From Nemertoderma westbladi (Eukaryota; Animalia; Xenacoelomorpha): a DNA stretch of 64,000 bases. The notes beneath the pieces were generated by a model, which was given only the letters and a program-made list of their open reading frames with translations, was not told the DNA's origin and did no database searches. Positions 9,785 to 20,352 of the stretch are shown one piece after another. Both the position numbers and the translations under genes were made by a program. Within the stretch, counting starts at the first letter, position 1; the number at the start of each line of letters is the position of its first letter. The stretch covers positions 15,475 to 79,474 of the forward strand of contig JAUCBJ010000943.1 of NCBI GenBank assembly GCA_032718475.1, written 5' to 3'.

Positions 9785-12589
9785 GTGGAGCCTACACGCA
9801 TCTATACTGCTAGCGAAGTAGAAACTCCTATAGTGAACCCTATTAAGGGTAATTATAGACCTGTTGATAATGATATTCCCTATAGACCGGATCATAATCC
9901 GAGAAATTTATATACCGATAACTCGATATTAAATAACACGATGGCCCAAGAAAGTTTTACGCGTCAAATGGCTAGAACCGAAGCCCGGCAAGCGGTAAAG
10001 GTGGGAGAGATCGTCAAGTTCAATGGAGATGAGATGAAATGGTTACCTTTTAATGAATATTACAAAGATAACATACAGAACTCTGTGCTATCTAATGGAG
10101 AGAAACTTAGATTCCTCATCGAGTGCTTGGAAGGATGTCCCAAGTTAATGGCGTTAAAGTTTATTGGACATCCAGACGGATTAAGACAAGTTTGGGATAC
10201 ACTAAACATCAGGTATGGTAATAGGAATAACATAGCTGGGTATTTGTATGCAAAGTTGGTAGCGCCCCGAAAGTTTATTAGCAGCGGAATTATAGAGTTT
10301 TCCGATGAGATTCAGGAGATCTGCAGACAATTAGATTGGCTAGGTAAGTCTCATGAGTATCAGAATGCTATGGTTATTAGAGCAGTGGCTTCTACTTTAC
10401 CGAAGGGTGGAGTAGGTACACGCTGGGATAAGAAAGTGTTATATATGATGGAACAACAACGACGAGACCCTACCATGGCTGATCTCATGTCATTCCTAGA
10501 TGGAGAAGTGAAATTACAGCTCCTAAGGCAGTCCAGAGAGAAGACACTGGAAAACAAGGTAAGTGAGAAACCCGTTTCTAGGAGAAGGGTAATACCAGTG
10601 TGTTATACAGACGACAGCAAAAGCCAGACTTCTCAAGGAGAGGATAGCGGGAAAGACACTGAAAGATCTTACTATGACAACAAAACGCCTAAAGACCAGG
10701 TAAGTAAATTCAAGTCTCGAACCAATGACAGGAGAGAACAGGTAAGAAAAACTCCTCCTACGTCTCCCAAGAGAATTCAGGTGAGAAAGCCCGAGGAAAG
10801 AACGAACGTGCACCACACAGCACATGCTAAAGTAAGTAACATCAAGCCCAAATGTGTGCTGTGCGATGGGCCCCACCGTTTAAGTGCGTGTGATGAATTC
10901 CTGAGGAAATCTCTAAAGGACAGACGTGAAGTCATGTGGGATAAGCGGTTGTGTTATAATTGCCTCAGACGAGGACACCAACGGCGAACCTGTTACTCCG
11001 ACGCAAGGTGTGCAAAGTGCGGTGCGAAACATCATATCTTGTTGCACACTGAATTCGAGCGAAATAGTCCGAGTCAGGTGAGTGATTCCGAACTACATGT
11101 CCAATTCAGTGATGTGAACGACACTGATCAATCTGAGATGGAAGGATTCTATACGGACGAGTTCTCCGACGAAAACGAATCCTGTTACATGATAAATACC
11201 GCAGTGTATCGAGCACTCACTCATGAAAAAGATACAGACAGCGACCTCACCCTAACTACTTCAGATCAACAACAATCTTGGAAAGCGCCAACTTCAAATG
11301 TAGGAATCCGAGAATTTGCTGTAGTCCAGTTACGGGTCCACGGACCTCAGAAGAGCTATATAGTGAACGCCCTCCTGGACTCCGGCAGCACAGGAACATT
11401 CATCGATAAAGAACTAGCCGAAGACATCTTTGCTGGACAACCCAAGTTCCGAACCAAGCTAAACATGTCAGGGATCATGCAGGTTTGGAAATCTGCTGTG
11501 GCTGCCGACTATTATATAGGTGAGTTGTCCACTCCACAGGATAAACTAGGAGAATACAGTATAAGGTCAGTCAAAATGGTGGCAATAAAGAACTTCGCTA
11601 CCACCCAAGTGGAACCTTATAATTGGGACGAAGATGATCATGCCCAACAACTTAACATTCCTAGATTCGACACCGATTATCCTGGAGTACAAATATTAAT
11701 CGGTCAAAACGCGCATGAGGCGCTGGAGACATTGGAGAAACGACCTGCTCAACCGCAACCACTTCAGACCTATGCGGTAAGAACTAGAGTAGGTTGGTAC
11801 CTTACTGGACCTTCCCGAAGAACGCTCAGAGAAAGACTGCTTCAAGATCGCGTCTGCCAAGTGAGTGAATGGGAAGATGATACTAGTGAGGGAGACGACC
11901 CAACTGAGGGAACACCATACTCCTCAGATAATGACGATATTAGCTCCAATGTAGATCAATGGAGATATTGCCCCAAGAAGTTTAATCCAACTGACATCGC
12001 TTCCAGAGGAGCAACTCCTCAAGAACTGACAGATACTACAGACCGGTTAGGTGAACCCGACTTCCTGAGTAAGGAGGATGAATGGCCTCCCCATCTTACT
12101 CCGACTGAGATTAGACCAGCCAAGGGAGCGGAGAAAGTCAAACCTAAAACCCGGACGGGTGGATCGGAGTTATTTGAACCCGGGATAGATCTGTCGGTAT
12201 TACATATTGCCAGGGACGACGCCGTGGATCTGGACCTCCCCACTGCGAGTGGATCCTTCATGAAGATCAGAGAGAGCGATTGGAGCTCTGGAACATCAGA
12301 CGTCTCGCAGGGACTCTCACCTCTCCTGCAGGGAGCGACGGACCACTATAGCTCCTGGAATCGGCTTTGTAAGGCCGTCGTGTACCTAGAGCGATGTTTC
12401 TATCGTCACTATTCCAGGACGAAGAGGAAACCTGGAATTGTATTCGGGATGCAGCGACTCAATCACCCAGTCAGTCGTTTGTGTTTACCGGAAGGGAATG
12501 GAGGACTCTCCGGAAACTGTGGAAGGCAAGATTCTCTTCCCACGACCACCTCCCTAATCCTTCAAACATCTAGGGACTCCATAACGTAA
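9785..12589 (+). CDS. BEL/Pao Gag (DUF1759-like capsid region, 3 Zn knuckles) + aspartic protease + fused RNase H C-terminal remnant
   Basis: KFNGDEMKWLPF...LSNGEKLRFL. Knuckles CVLCDGPHRLSAC, CYNCLRRGHQRRTC, CAKCGAKHHILLH. Protease ALLDSGS, ILIGQN, TRVGWYLTGP. Then QWRYCPKKFNPTDIASRG and YSSWNRL. No YxDD RT motif or integrase recognisable. Confidence 0.9.
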   Translation: MEPTRIYTASEVETPIVNPIKGNYRPVDNDIPYRPDHNPRNLYTDNSILNNTMAQESFTRQMARTEARQAVKVGEIVKFNGDEMKWLPFNEYYKDNIQNSVLSNGEKLRFLIECLEGCPKLMALKFIGHPDGLRQVWDTLNIRYGNRNNIAGYLYAKLVAPRKFISSGIIEFSDEIQEICRQLDWLGKSHEYQNAMVIRAVASTLPKGGVGTRWDKKVLYMMEQQRRDPTMADLMSFLDGEVKLQLLRQSREKTLENKVSEKPVSRRRVIPVCYTDDSKSQTSQGEDSGKDTERSYYDNKTPKDQVSKFKSRTNDRREQVRKTPPTSPKRIQVRKPEERTNVHHTAHAKVSNIKPKCVLCDGPHRLSACDEFLRKSLKDRREVMWDKRLCYNCLRRGHQRRTCYSDARCAKCGAKHHILLHTEFERNSPSQVSDSELHVQFSDVNDTDQSEMEGFYTDEFSDENESCYMINTAVYRALTHEKDTDSDLTLTTSDQQQSWKAPTSNVGIREFAVVQLRVHGPQKSYIVNALLDSGSTGTFIDKELAEDIFAGQPKFRTKLNMSGIMQVWKSAVAADYYIGELSTPQDKLGEYSIRSVKMVAIKNFATTQVEPYNWDEDDHAQQLNIPRFDTDYPGVQILIGQNAHEALETLEKRPAQPQPLQTYAVRTRVGWYLTGPSRRTLRERLLQDRVCQVSEWEDDTSEGDDPTEGTPYSSDNDDISSNVDQWRYCPKKFNPTDIASRGATPQELTDTTDRLGEPDFLSKEDEWPPHLTPTEIRPAKGAEKVKPKTRTGGSELFEPGIDLSVLHIARDDAVDLDLPTASGSFMKIRESDWSSGTSDVSQGLSPLLQGATDHYSSWNRLCKAVVYLERCFYRHYSRTKRKPGIVFGMQRLNHPVSRLCLPEGNGGLSGNCGRQDSLPTTTSLILQTSRDSIT

Positions 12590-13137
12590 CAACATATGGA
12601 GTGGGTGTGTGACTCTATTATTTTGTATTTGTTTTATTTTTATATTTATGTATGTATTATTATGTAATTTTATTTTAATCGTTTTATTTAATTTTATTTA
12701 GTAGTATGGTATTTTAGAGATTATTTAGTAGATTAGTGCAATATATATTCGCGTTTATTATTTAATTACGTATATTATATATTTAGTGCGACGGCGAGAA
12801 ATAATTCTTTTTCTCTTTCCTTACTGCCCGTATCATATTATAAATACGTGACTACAGTAAGATGAAATATCCGTACTTATTAAAGTACAATAAAGCCACT
12901 ACTATATTCAAGTATTATTGGTAGGCAGAGTATTAGGAATGCAAAGTTCAGATCCTCGTGTCTCGGCTAAACCAAGCTCTGGGTAGACCTTGGAAACGAC
13001 TTGCCTCTTCACACTGACATTGTTTCGTGCGATATTGCTCTCATACCGTATATTAAATAATACATATAGTAGCGTGATGTCCCTTTAACAGTAGCGTATA
13101 ACGCAAAATAAATCTGTTAAACCCTTTGACCATCTGT

Positions 13138-13410
13138 AATTCTAGTCGATTAAGATATCGTGGCACCCACCGATATACTTGAAAGACAAATTTCTAGAAT
13201 CAGTGGTTAACGTCCCCAGACAAGTTCTGGAATAAACTGGTGCCCATCCTAAATATTAATTATTAATATTTACAAAAATCTGTCAAATATCAGGTCCTTT
13301 AAAATTCTAGTCAATTAAGATATCGTAGCACTTACCGATATTCTTAAAAAGACAAAATTCCTAGAATTAAGGATCCTATGTCCCCAGACCTGCTCTGGAA
13401 TCAAATTGTG
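13138..13410. repeat. ~165-bp diverged tandem duplication in the 3' internal region
   Basis: aattctagtc(g/a)attaagatatcgt...gacaaa...ctagaat...gtccccagac...ctggaat occurs twice. Confidence 0.7.
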
Positions 13411-14215
13411 TCAATTTTAACATCAAATAATAAAATTTACGGGAATAAATTTAAATTCATATATTTCAATGAATTTAATAAATTGTCATTTTGTACAATT
13501 TATAACATTCCCAAAATTCCATTAATTAATAGATCATGGGAGCGGAGATTCACTATATTAAGTGTATTTGTGTGCGAGAATCTCCAATGCATAGTCAATA
13601 GCCGATAAAATTCATAGAATCATGTATAAAGGGGATATTGACCATTAAAGAATTACTATTAAATAGCATCCCAGATCTGTATGCATGAGAATTACCCTAA
13701 TTCTACCGCTAGCTTTCCATAATGTCACCATGGCAACAACCACGCTAGAATTGGAGGTGAGTTAAAAGAACAATAGAAGGCATGCCCCATTGAATAGCAT
13801 AGGGAATAAATAACACACCGCTAGTATCCAAGGATACATAATAACAACGTGACATTCTGGAAGGCACTTGACTAACAGACAAATGACCCAAATGTGTGAT
13901 AGAATGTGTACCATTTGTGACTGTTACGTGGAATTTGTGCATTTGTAGGTGAATGTTACTACTAAGGTGTGTTTACAGTAGCGAGTCGCAATTGTGAAAG
14001 TAACCCTAACTCTCCAGTAAGAACCCGAAGTATATCTAAGCCTTTGGGACGGACGGTGGAGTGGCTCGTGCTGGTTGTTGTAGTCGTTGTGCAGCTACGA
14101 CGTTGGCGATAGGCACATCGGCGAAAGTACACCAGCGCTGAGGATCTCGCACTGTCCGGGGGCAGAGAGGGGTAGGCAGCGACGCCCGCTCGCCTAAATA
14201 TAAACTCATTATAAT

Positions 14216-15812
14216 ATGGATAAACTTATATAGCAGATAGGATTGAGTTGATAGAAGATGATCTTGGTATCAGGGAGCGATATACTCTACCTTTACAAGC
14301 GTTTGTTGATAGCTTGATACGCGGCGACGCTGGTCCAACTGCTGCGGAGGACGATGGTCGTTATATCAAACCGCCAATGTCCCAAGAGCAGCTCACGCGT
14401 GAGTTGGACTATAGAAAATTCACCGCTCGCTATACGCATCGTAATGGTACGTATGTAGACTTCTTAACTACTGGTCATCCTATCGACCTACACGATACGG
14501 ACGATATAGACACCGAAAGGGAAATGGTTTTATTTAAATATCATACCCAGCGGAAGCGGAACGATAAACTGAGACTCGAACACGAAAATTCTATTCGAAA
14601 CCGACTCGAAAGTGCAGATGTCGAAGAGCCGGATAAACGCAGCGACTCCACCAAATACCTGGAATGCTTGAGAGAAACCTATCTCGATATTACCAGTCAA
14701 CAGAATCTAGAAACTCGATATCCTCAAGGTATACATCATGACCGCATGGTAGAACTCAAACGGCTCTATTCCACTATGATGTATCTTACCGCCGATCGAT
14801 CGCTACCTGTTGTACCGGATAGCTTCGAACGGATGGAGGAATATTGTAAGCTGGAGAGAGATCACTCGCGTTTCCCCTACAAGACGTGCGTTTTGGTATT
14901 ATTGCGATGAATGCCCAAGACCCAACCAACAAACGGAAAGACATAAACATCCGCGGAAACGTTGCTTTAAACACGGTTTTACTCGCTATACTTACGGGAG
15001 TTTCGAGCGAAACTTGTTCGATGTATCACCTACGCTCGTTCGACTCAGACGATCCTTAAATAAACCAATGATCAGAGTTTCGGAATACTCGATCAGAACT
15101 CCTCATTCCCTAGTGAGACTTCAGACTCTTGATCCTATTAGTATGACGGATCCTCCCGAGCTGTACTCACTGCTCAAAGATCTAGTGTTACCTGAACAAT
15201 TAGTCGGTGGCACCCCAGTTGTGGGCTTCCTAGAGATTAGCCCATTCTACCTAACCGGATTGGGACGCGGACATTTAATATCGCCGTTTAACCCTTACCA
15301 TCGTCCCAGCTTAACACGATATAACCTGTCACCAAAGTGGCGGAGAACGTTGTACCAAACGAGTTAAACGCTATTCTACAAAGATCAGAAAGGAAACCTG
15401 CGTTTGTTCAGATAAACGTAAGTTGTAACAGCAAGTCCAAGCGATAAACGAATTGTCTTTATCTCAGTTCGATTGTGAAATCCAGAATCTCTAAGAAGAT
15501 ATCGAACTTAGACAACCCCATTCTCTGCGAGAGTTTTTGGATGAACGTATCCAGCTACGAGCGGAGGAAAATCAGCTCGAGGAGAAGCATATCGAAACGG
15601 CGGATACCCCGACCATAATCCTACACCTTCTGATGCAATCATATTGCACCCTTCACCCAGGATTTATAGCCCTCCTAGTAAAGTGGCTCGCCCCAAAGAG
15701 AAAAGGACTCTTGCTAGCCTCAAAAGGCTGCGTAAACGCCGTCCGCGTAAGAAAGACTAACTGTTTAGAGTATTTTTATATTTTAGAAACTGTGATTTGT
15801 TATATTTTATAG
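14216..15812 (+). pseudogene. Frameshifted orphan ORF in the env position of the LTR element
   Basis: ATG 14216 (MDKLI) joins ORF 14248-14910 if an extra TA is removed from a tatata run. Overlapping 14810-15367 frame has WYYCDEC...H...C..H. Further piece 15537-15812. TATAAA at ~14198. Confidence 0.5.
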
Positions 15813-15830
15813 ACTTAAATCCCATTTTCT

Positions 15831-15838
15831 GGGAGCGG
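15831..15838 (+). other. Polypurine-tract-like sequence
   Basis: GGGAGCGG immediately 5' of the 3' LTR. Confidence 0.55.
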
Positions 15839-16997
15839 TGTAAAAGCTTTTGCGTCATTAACCGGTTATTTTCCCTTAAAGTACTCTGTAGTTGGTTTAC
15901 CAGGCATAAAAAGGCCGTGTCCTTGATGTACTGGTGTTTTAGAGGACATAAAAGTCATTTCTTCTGTATTTGCACTGTATTCGTACTTTAGAGGACATAA
16001 TCCGCAATCTCGTGACGCGATAAGCTAGATACTCTTGAAAACAGTGTCGCTACCATGACGATGGCTAACAGCTGATATTGCCACGTCGACATTTCTTTGT
16101 TTCTTTGTTCTCTAGTTGTTCGGTTGACCAATCAGAGCGTTTTTTGTCTCTGTGTTGGAGGTGTATACAGAACTCAGTAGTTCAGTGTTATGTTTTTGCC
16201 CAGAGCCTAAGAACATCGGCTTTTGGCACCTCCATGTTTTCAGTCTTTAGTCTTACATTAGTAGGCTTAATTATAGAACGTATATCTGTTATCGAGCTAT
16301 TCACTTATTCACTCAATATCCATAAATTACTAACATTACTGCTTTTGCTGTTGGTTATTCGTTATATTTGTTGATGAAATATTATATCGGAATACTGATC
16401 AATAGTCAGACACCCCACCTTCTTGATATACTAAAGGTTAGAGAGACCGGTTACAGATAAACGATTGCGACCTATGTTAAGTGGTTTGAAGTGAATCTAA
16501 TGCTATTTCATATGCCCAACATAAATTGTCTGTTGCTCTCTTTATACGTGACTAAATTTAGTGAAGGTCGGCAGATTAGTGTGCAGTATTGTGCAGCATT
16601 GTGTATGAGTGTAACTGATAACAAAGCATCTCCTAAAGAATGCGCCATATACGTGAATCTATAGCCTTTTCGTTGTGTCTAGTTTAAGTCATAACTCTGT
16701 TTACATATTTAGAGCGCCACGTCCTAAAGGAACTGTTGATATTTCCCGAAAGTGAATAATATTTGTCAGAGATTATATATTACGATCAGTCGAATAATAC
16801 AGTAGGCTTACACCATCAATCATTAAGCTCCGAACTCAGTCTCCCGGGTATATCCAACGGGTGAATGATTGCGCATAGACTGGCTTCGGCTAATGTAGTG
16901 TATTAAATACTCGTCATAGGCTAAAGACTATCTATCATCCAAAAGACATTCTAATTTTGGCAGGTTAAACTGTCAAAGGTCTTCAAAAGCGCAAACA
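15839..16997 (+). repeat. 3' LTR
   Basis: Copy of 4267-5425, followed by TSD GACGA. Confidence 0.97.
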
Positions 16998-17002
16998 GAC
17001 GA

Positions 17003-17152
17003 ATTAGCTTCGCTCTCCTCAGGTCATCCCTAATGTGTCTGCGGGGGTTCCGGTCTGCCGCCAAGAGACCGGTACGGGCAGCAGATGTCGCTGACACCTC
17101 CATCGTGTTAGCGAACGCCGACTCAGAGCCAGGCGCAGGCATGTTTATATAG
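17003..17152 (+). pseudogene. CRE-clade non-LTR remnant, part 2 (C-terminus and stop)
   Basis: ISFALLRSSLMCLRGFRSAAKRPVRAADVADTSIVLANADSEPGAGMFI*, then a T-rich 3' UTR-like tract. Confidence 0.8.
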
Positions 17153-18919
17153 GTTACAGGCTGTTTGGTGGTGGTGCAGTTTACCTGTTTGTTGTTGTTT
17201 AAGTTTTTAAATTTCCCGCATTTCTGTAATTACTGTTTTTAATTGTTTGTTATAGTGCCTATAATTGTGTTTGTATTTCTGAAGGTTTTTATTATTTTGT
17301 GAATAAATGAGGCTTGTAAAGAAATCACCATACTACTGTACACCATTTTGCTGGATCAGCTGGTTGCTAGAATACTACAGGATTACAATACGGTACCGGT
17401 ACTGTTAACTGTTACATTGGTACAGAATTACCAGGCACGGGCAGGGCAGTAAGATTATATTTACTACACTGGGAATACGGCGGTCGGTCGGATCGTAATG
17501 CGGCCCACTGCCAAGTTCCTCATGCCTCAATCAGGCCACCCACCTTGGAGTGCGGTGGAAAGAGTCCGACTTACTTCGACGACTGGACGAATCGACGAGG
17601 ATTGTGATTTGCAGATTTGGGTTTAGCGGCGGCCCGGACAGCCGGATCATGGGATCGCCTGGGGGAAATTGTTGAGTCGGGCAGACGTGTATCGCACCGG
17701 ATTACATTCTCTGCCACGCGAAAGTGTGAGGCGAATTCGTTGTCGAATTTGGTCGGAAGCTGCAAGCTGCGGGAATTCTACTGTTATACGGGAATAAACC
17801 GCAGCGGTCCGGTGACTACGGACGGATACTGGGATGAGCAGGTATTTCGAACGAGTTTCTCGTATTCTCAATGCTCGAGCCTCGAGGCGGATAGAGAGTT
17901 CAGTTGGTTGTGTTGGGTGGAGATACCAATAGCTCCGATCTGTTTATAATTATGTTTTTTTGTTATTGTTATTTATTTATACTCCAGTACTCGGAATTTG
18001 AGGAAGTCGACATTGATGAAGTAATGTAGCGCTTTAGGCCTATATTGGACATAAAATACCAGGTAGTATTCAAAGAGACCACGATGATACTTATTGTAAA
18101 ATTTTATGAATAATAATCATGGTAATTATTGGAGGACTACAGTCGGGGAGGTTTAGTTATTCCTCCCGATTAGCCGATAGTCTTGTATTTTGTGTTACAT
18201 TTTTATATTTCTTATACAACAGGATGTAAGCCCGTTGTCATCTTGTGTAAAACTAACTGTATTTACAGCCGATATTTTTCTATTATTAACAACTGGCTGA
18301 CTGGGCTCAGCTAGTGCCATCTGATTATTTAAGCGAATGTTGTTCAATTCTATCAAAAATTTTAAATAATTGGTAAAATAATAAAAAAATATGGTAAAAA
18401 AAGGCCAAACTTACAATTTCCAAATAGATTATTCATATTATAAATATATTTTTGGTATTATTTTTGCAGATAGCGGGGAAAACTGGACGTAATAAAAATT
18501 CATCCCTTTCCAGGGGAAATTGGACGCAAATAACAGCGAATTACTCTCAAAAATAAAACTGTAACCTGTTCTATTGTGTGCTATCTCAGGTGACAGAAGA
18601 TATAATGACATAAATACTCATGGCTGTTGTAGGCTTATATCTGAAGTAGTTTATTCCGCAATATATTTGTCTGGTTATTTTTTAATTGAATTTTTGCAAA
18701 GTAGTAAAATTAATGTTCTTAATTAAAAATAATATTATTATTTTATATATAACCTAGGAAATTATCTACATATTTTCGCTGCAGTTTTAAGAGTGTACAT
18801 TGATTTAATAATATTTCAATACCCATATTACTACATCGGCATACGATGCGTTGGCGTTGTATCACACATCACCACATAGATGTATCAGCAGTTACTCGCA
18901 CAGTTTCGAAACTTTGCAT

Positions 18920-19180
18920 AGTTATAACTGTATAAAGATCGTCAGTCTTGGTTTAGGAAAAATATTTTAATGCAAAACAGGACGAGCGCAACGAGGCATA
19001 TAATGAAGACCAGTACTGCGTAGACTATGTTCCTATAAACCATACCTGGCTTCGCCTATTGAAGGCATCGGTAGTTATAAAGATCGTCCGTCAGTCTGCG
19101 TTTAGGAAATATGTTTAAATACAAAACAAGACGAGCACAACGACGTTTATAACAATGAAGACGAGTACTGCCTACTGCGT
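18920..19180. repeat. Diverged ~155-bp tandem duplication
   Basis: tataaagatcgtc...tttaggaaa...caaaacaRgacgagcRcaacga...aatgaagacSagtactgc occurs twice. Confidence 0.65.
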
Positions 19181-19192
19181 TGAAGACATCGA

Positions 19193-19645
19193 TACTACTA
19201 GGATCGGCATGCTGCATTGCAGCTGCATTTCTAAGAATGCTGTGCCGGCTTGTCAACAAAATTGCACCGCCACAACTCCCTATCACCCATGACATTTGCT
19301 AGATCATCCGCATCTTTAAGGCCAGTGTCCTTTAAGATACGTCTCAAGAAAGTCATGGGCTGTCCACCATGCTTATTCACTCCATGAGGCTGCCAAAGTA
19401 CAAGATTATGCACTGGCTGGTCCTCACGGCGAAAGCAATGTCCTGCAAAGCGGAGGCGATTTTGTTCTAGTGTCAAGCTTGGGGGAACCAATGAGACACC
19501 TCCAATGTTATATAGTGTCTGGTTGGAGATGTGTGCATTGTACTTGACACAATGAACCCGGCGTAGCATTCTTGTGAATGTGCCATCCAGAGATTTGGTG
19601 TCCTCAGCAGTTAGAGCCCAGCATGGACTCCCGTAGAGGAGTACT
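19193..19645 (-). mobile_element. 5'-truncated RTE-clade LINE 3' end with short (TAG)n-like tail
   Basis: The reverse complement matches 63750-64000 apparently exactly. Encodes ...RLRFAGHCFRREDQPVHNLVLWQP...DRELWR. Ends GATCCTAGTAGTA. Confidence 0.9.
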
Positions 19646-20352
19646 AATAGTTATAAATTACTGGTGGGTGGGGGGGGGGGGGGGGGGGGGGAGATAAAAG
19701 GGGTGAACTCGTACTGTCCCCCTTTCTTTGATTGATTGGTGGTATGGGTAAATTTCTCAAAACCTGATTTTGTGATACAGTCGCTCAATTTTAATCTGTA
19801 TCTGATAACTGAGCCTCGTCCTGCCCGATGGCCCCACAAACGTGTATAATAGTGAATATACATAACATATATACTGTACTGTACATACTTTCATAAGTAT
19901 TATTTAATTGCGTATCTGTCCAAAGTATCTAAATGCAACTACCTGACTACAGACAATGCTGCAATGCATAATACATGTCAAGGTCAACTCTGGTCGGACT
20001 AAAGCAATTATATACTCAGTCATGCAGCATGTAGGCCTAAATAATCCTTATTATCAAAACTTAAGAGCTTGTAATGAAGCTGAATGGTATTGAATAATGC
20101 TGACTTTCAACTCGCATGTCATGGGTCCTTATTTAAAAAAAAAATATTTATGCAAGATGAGGAGGCAACAAAAATATTTCTAGTGAACCATCATAAGCAT
20201 GCTGGCACGTATCAGTGTATGCAGCAAAACTGACATCCATTTTTAATCTGGCTGACTGTACATTTACTTAAATTTGCAATGTGCAGTTATGTCATTTCTG
20301 ATAGGCCTATAATAGCAGAATAGCTGCACGGACATAACAAATAGGAGTAGCC

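Larger units (their letters stand above)
4267..16997 (+). mobile_element. BEL/Pao-type LTR retrotransposon, non-autonomous (Gag+protease, no RT or integrase)
   Basis: Two 1159-bp LTRs with TGT...ACA ends. 5-bp TSD GACGA (4262-4266, 16998-17002). BEL-type triple Zn knuckle and DSG protease. Confidence 0.95.
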
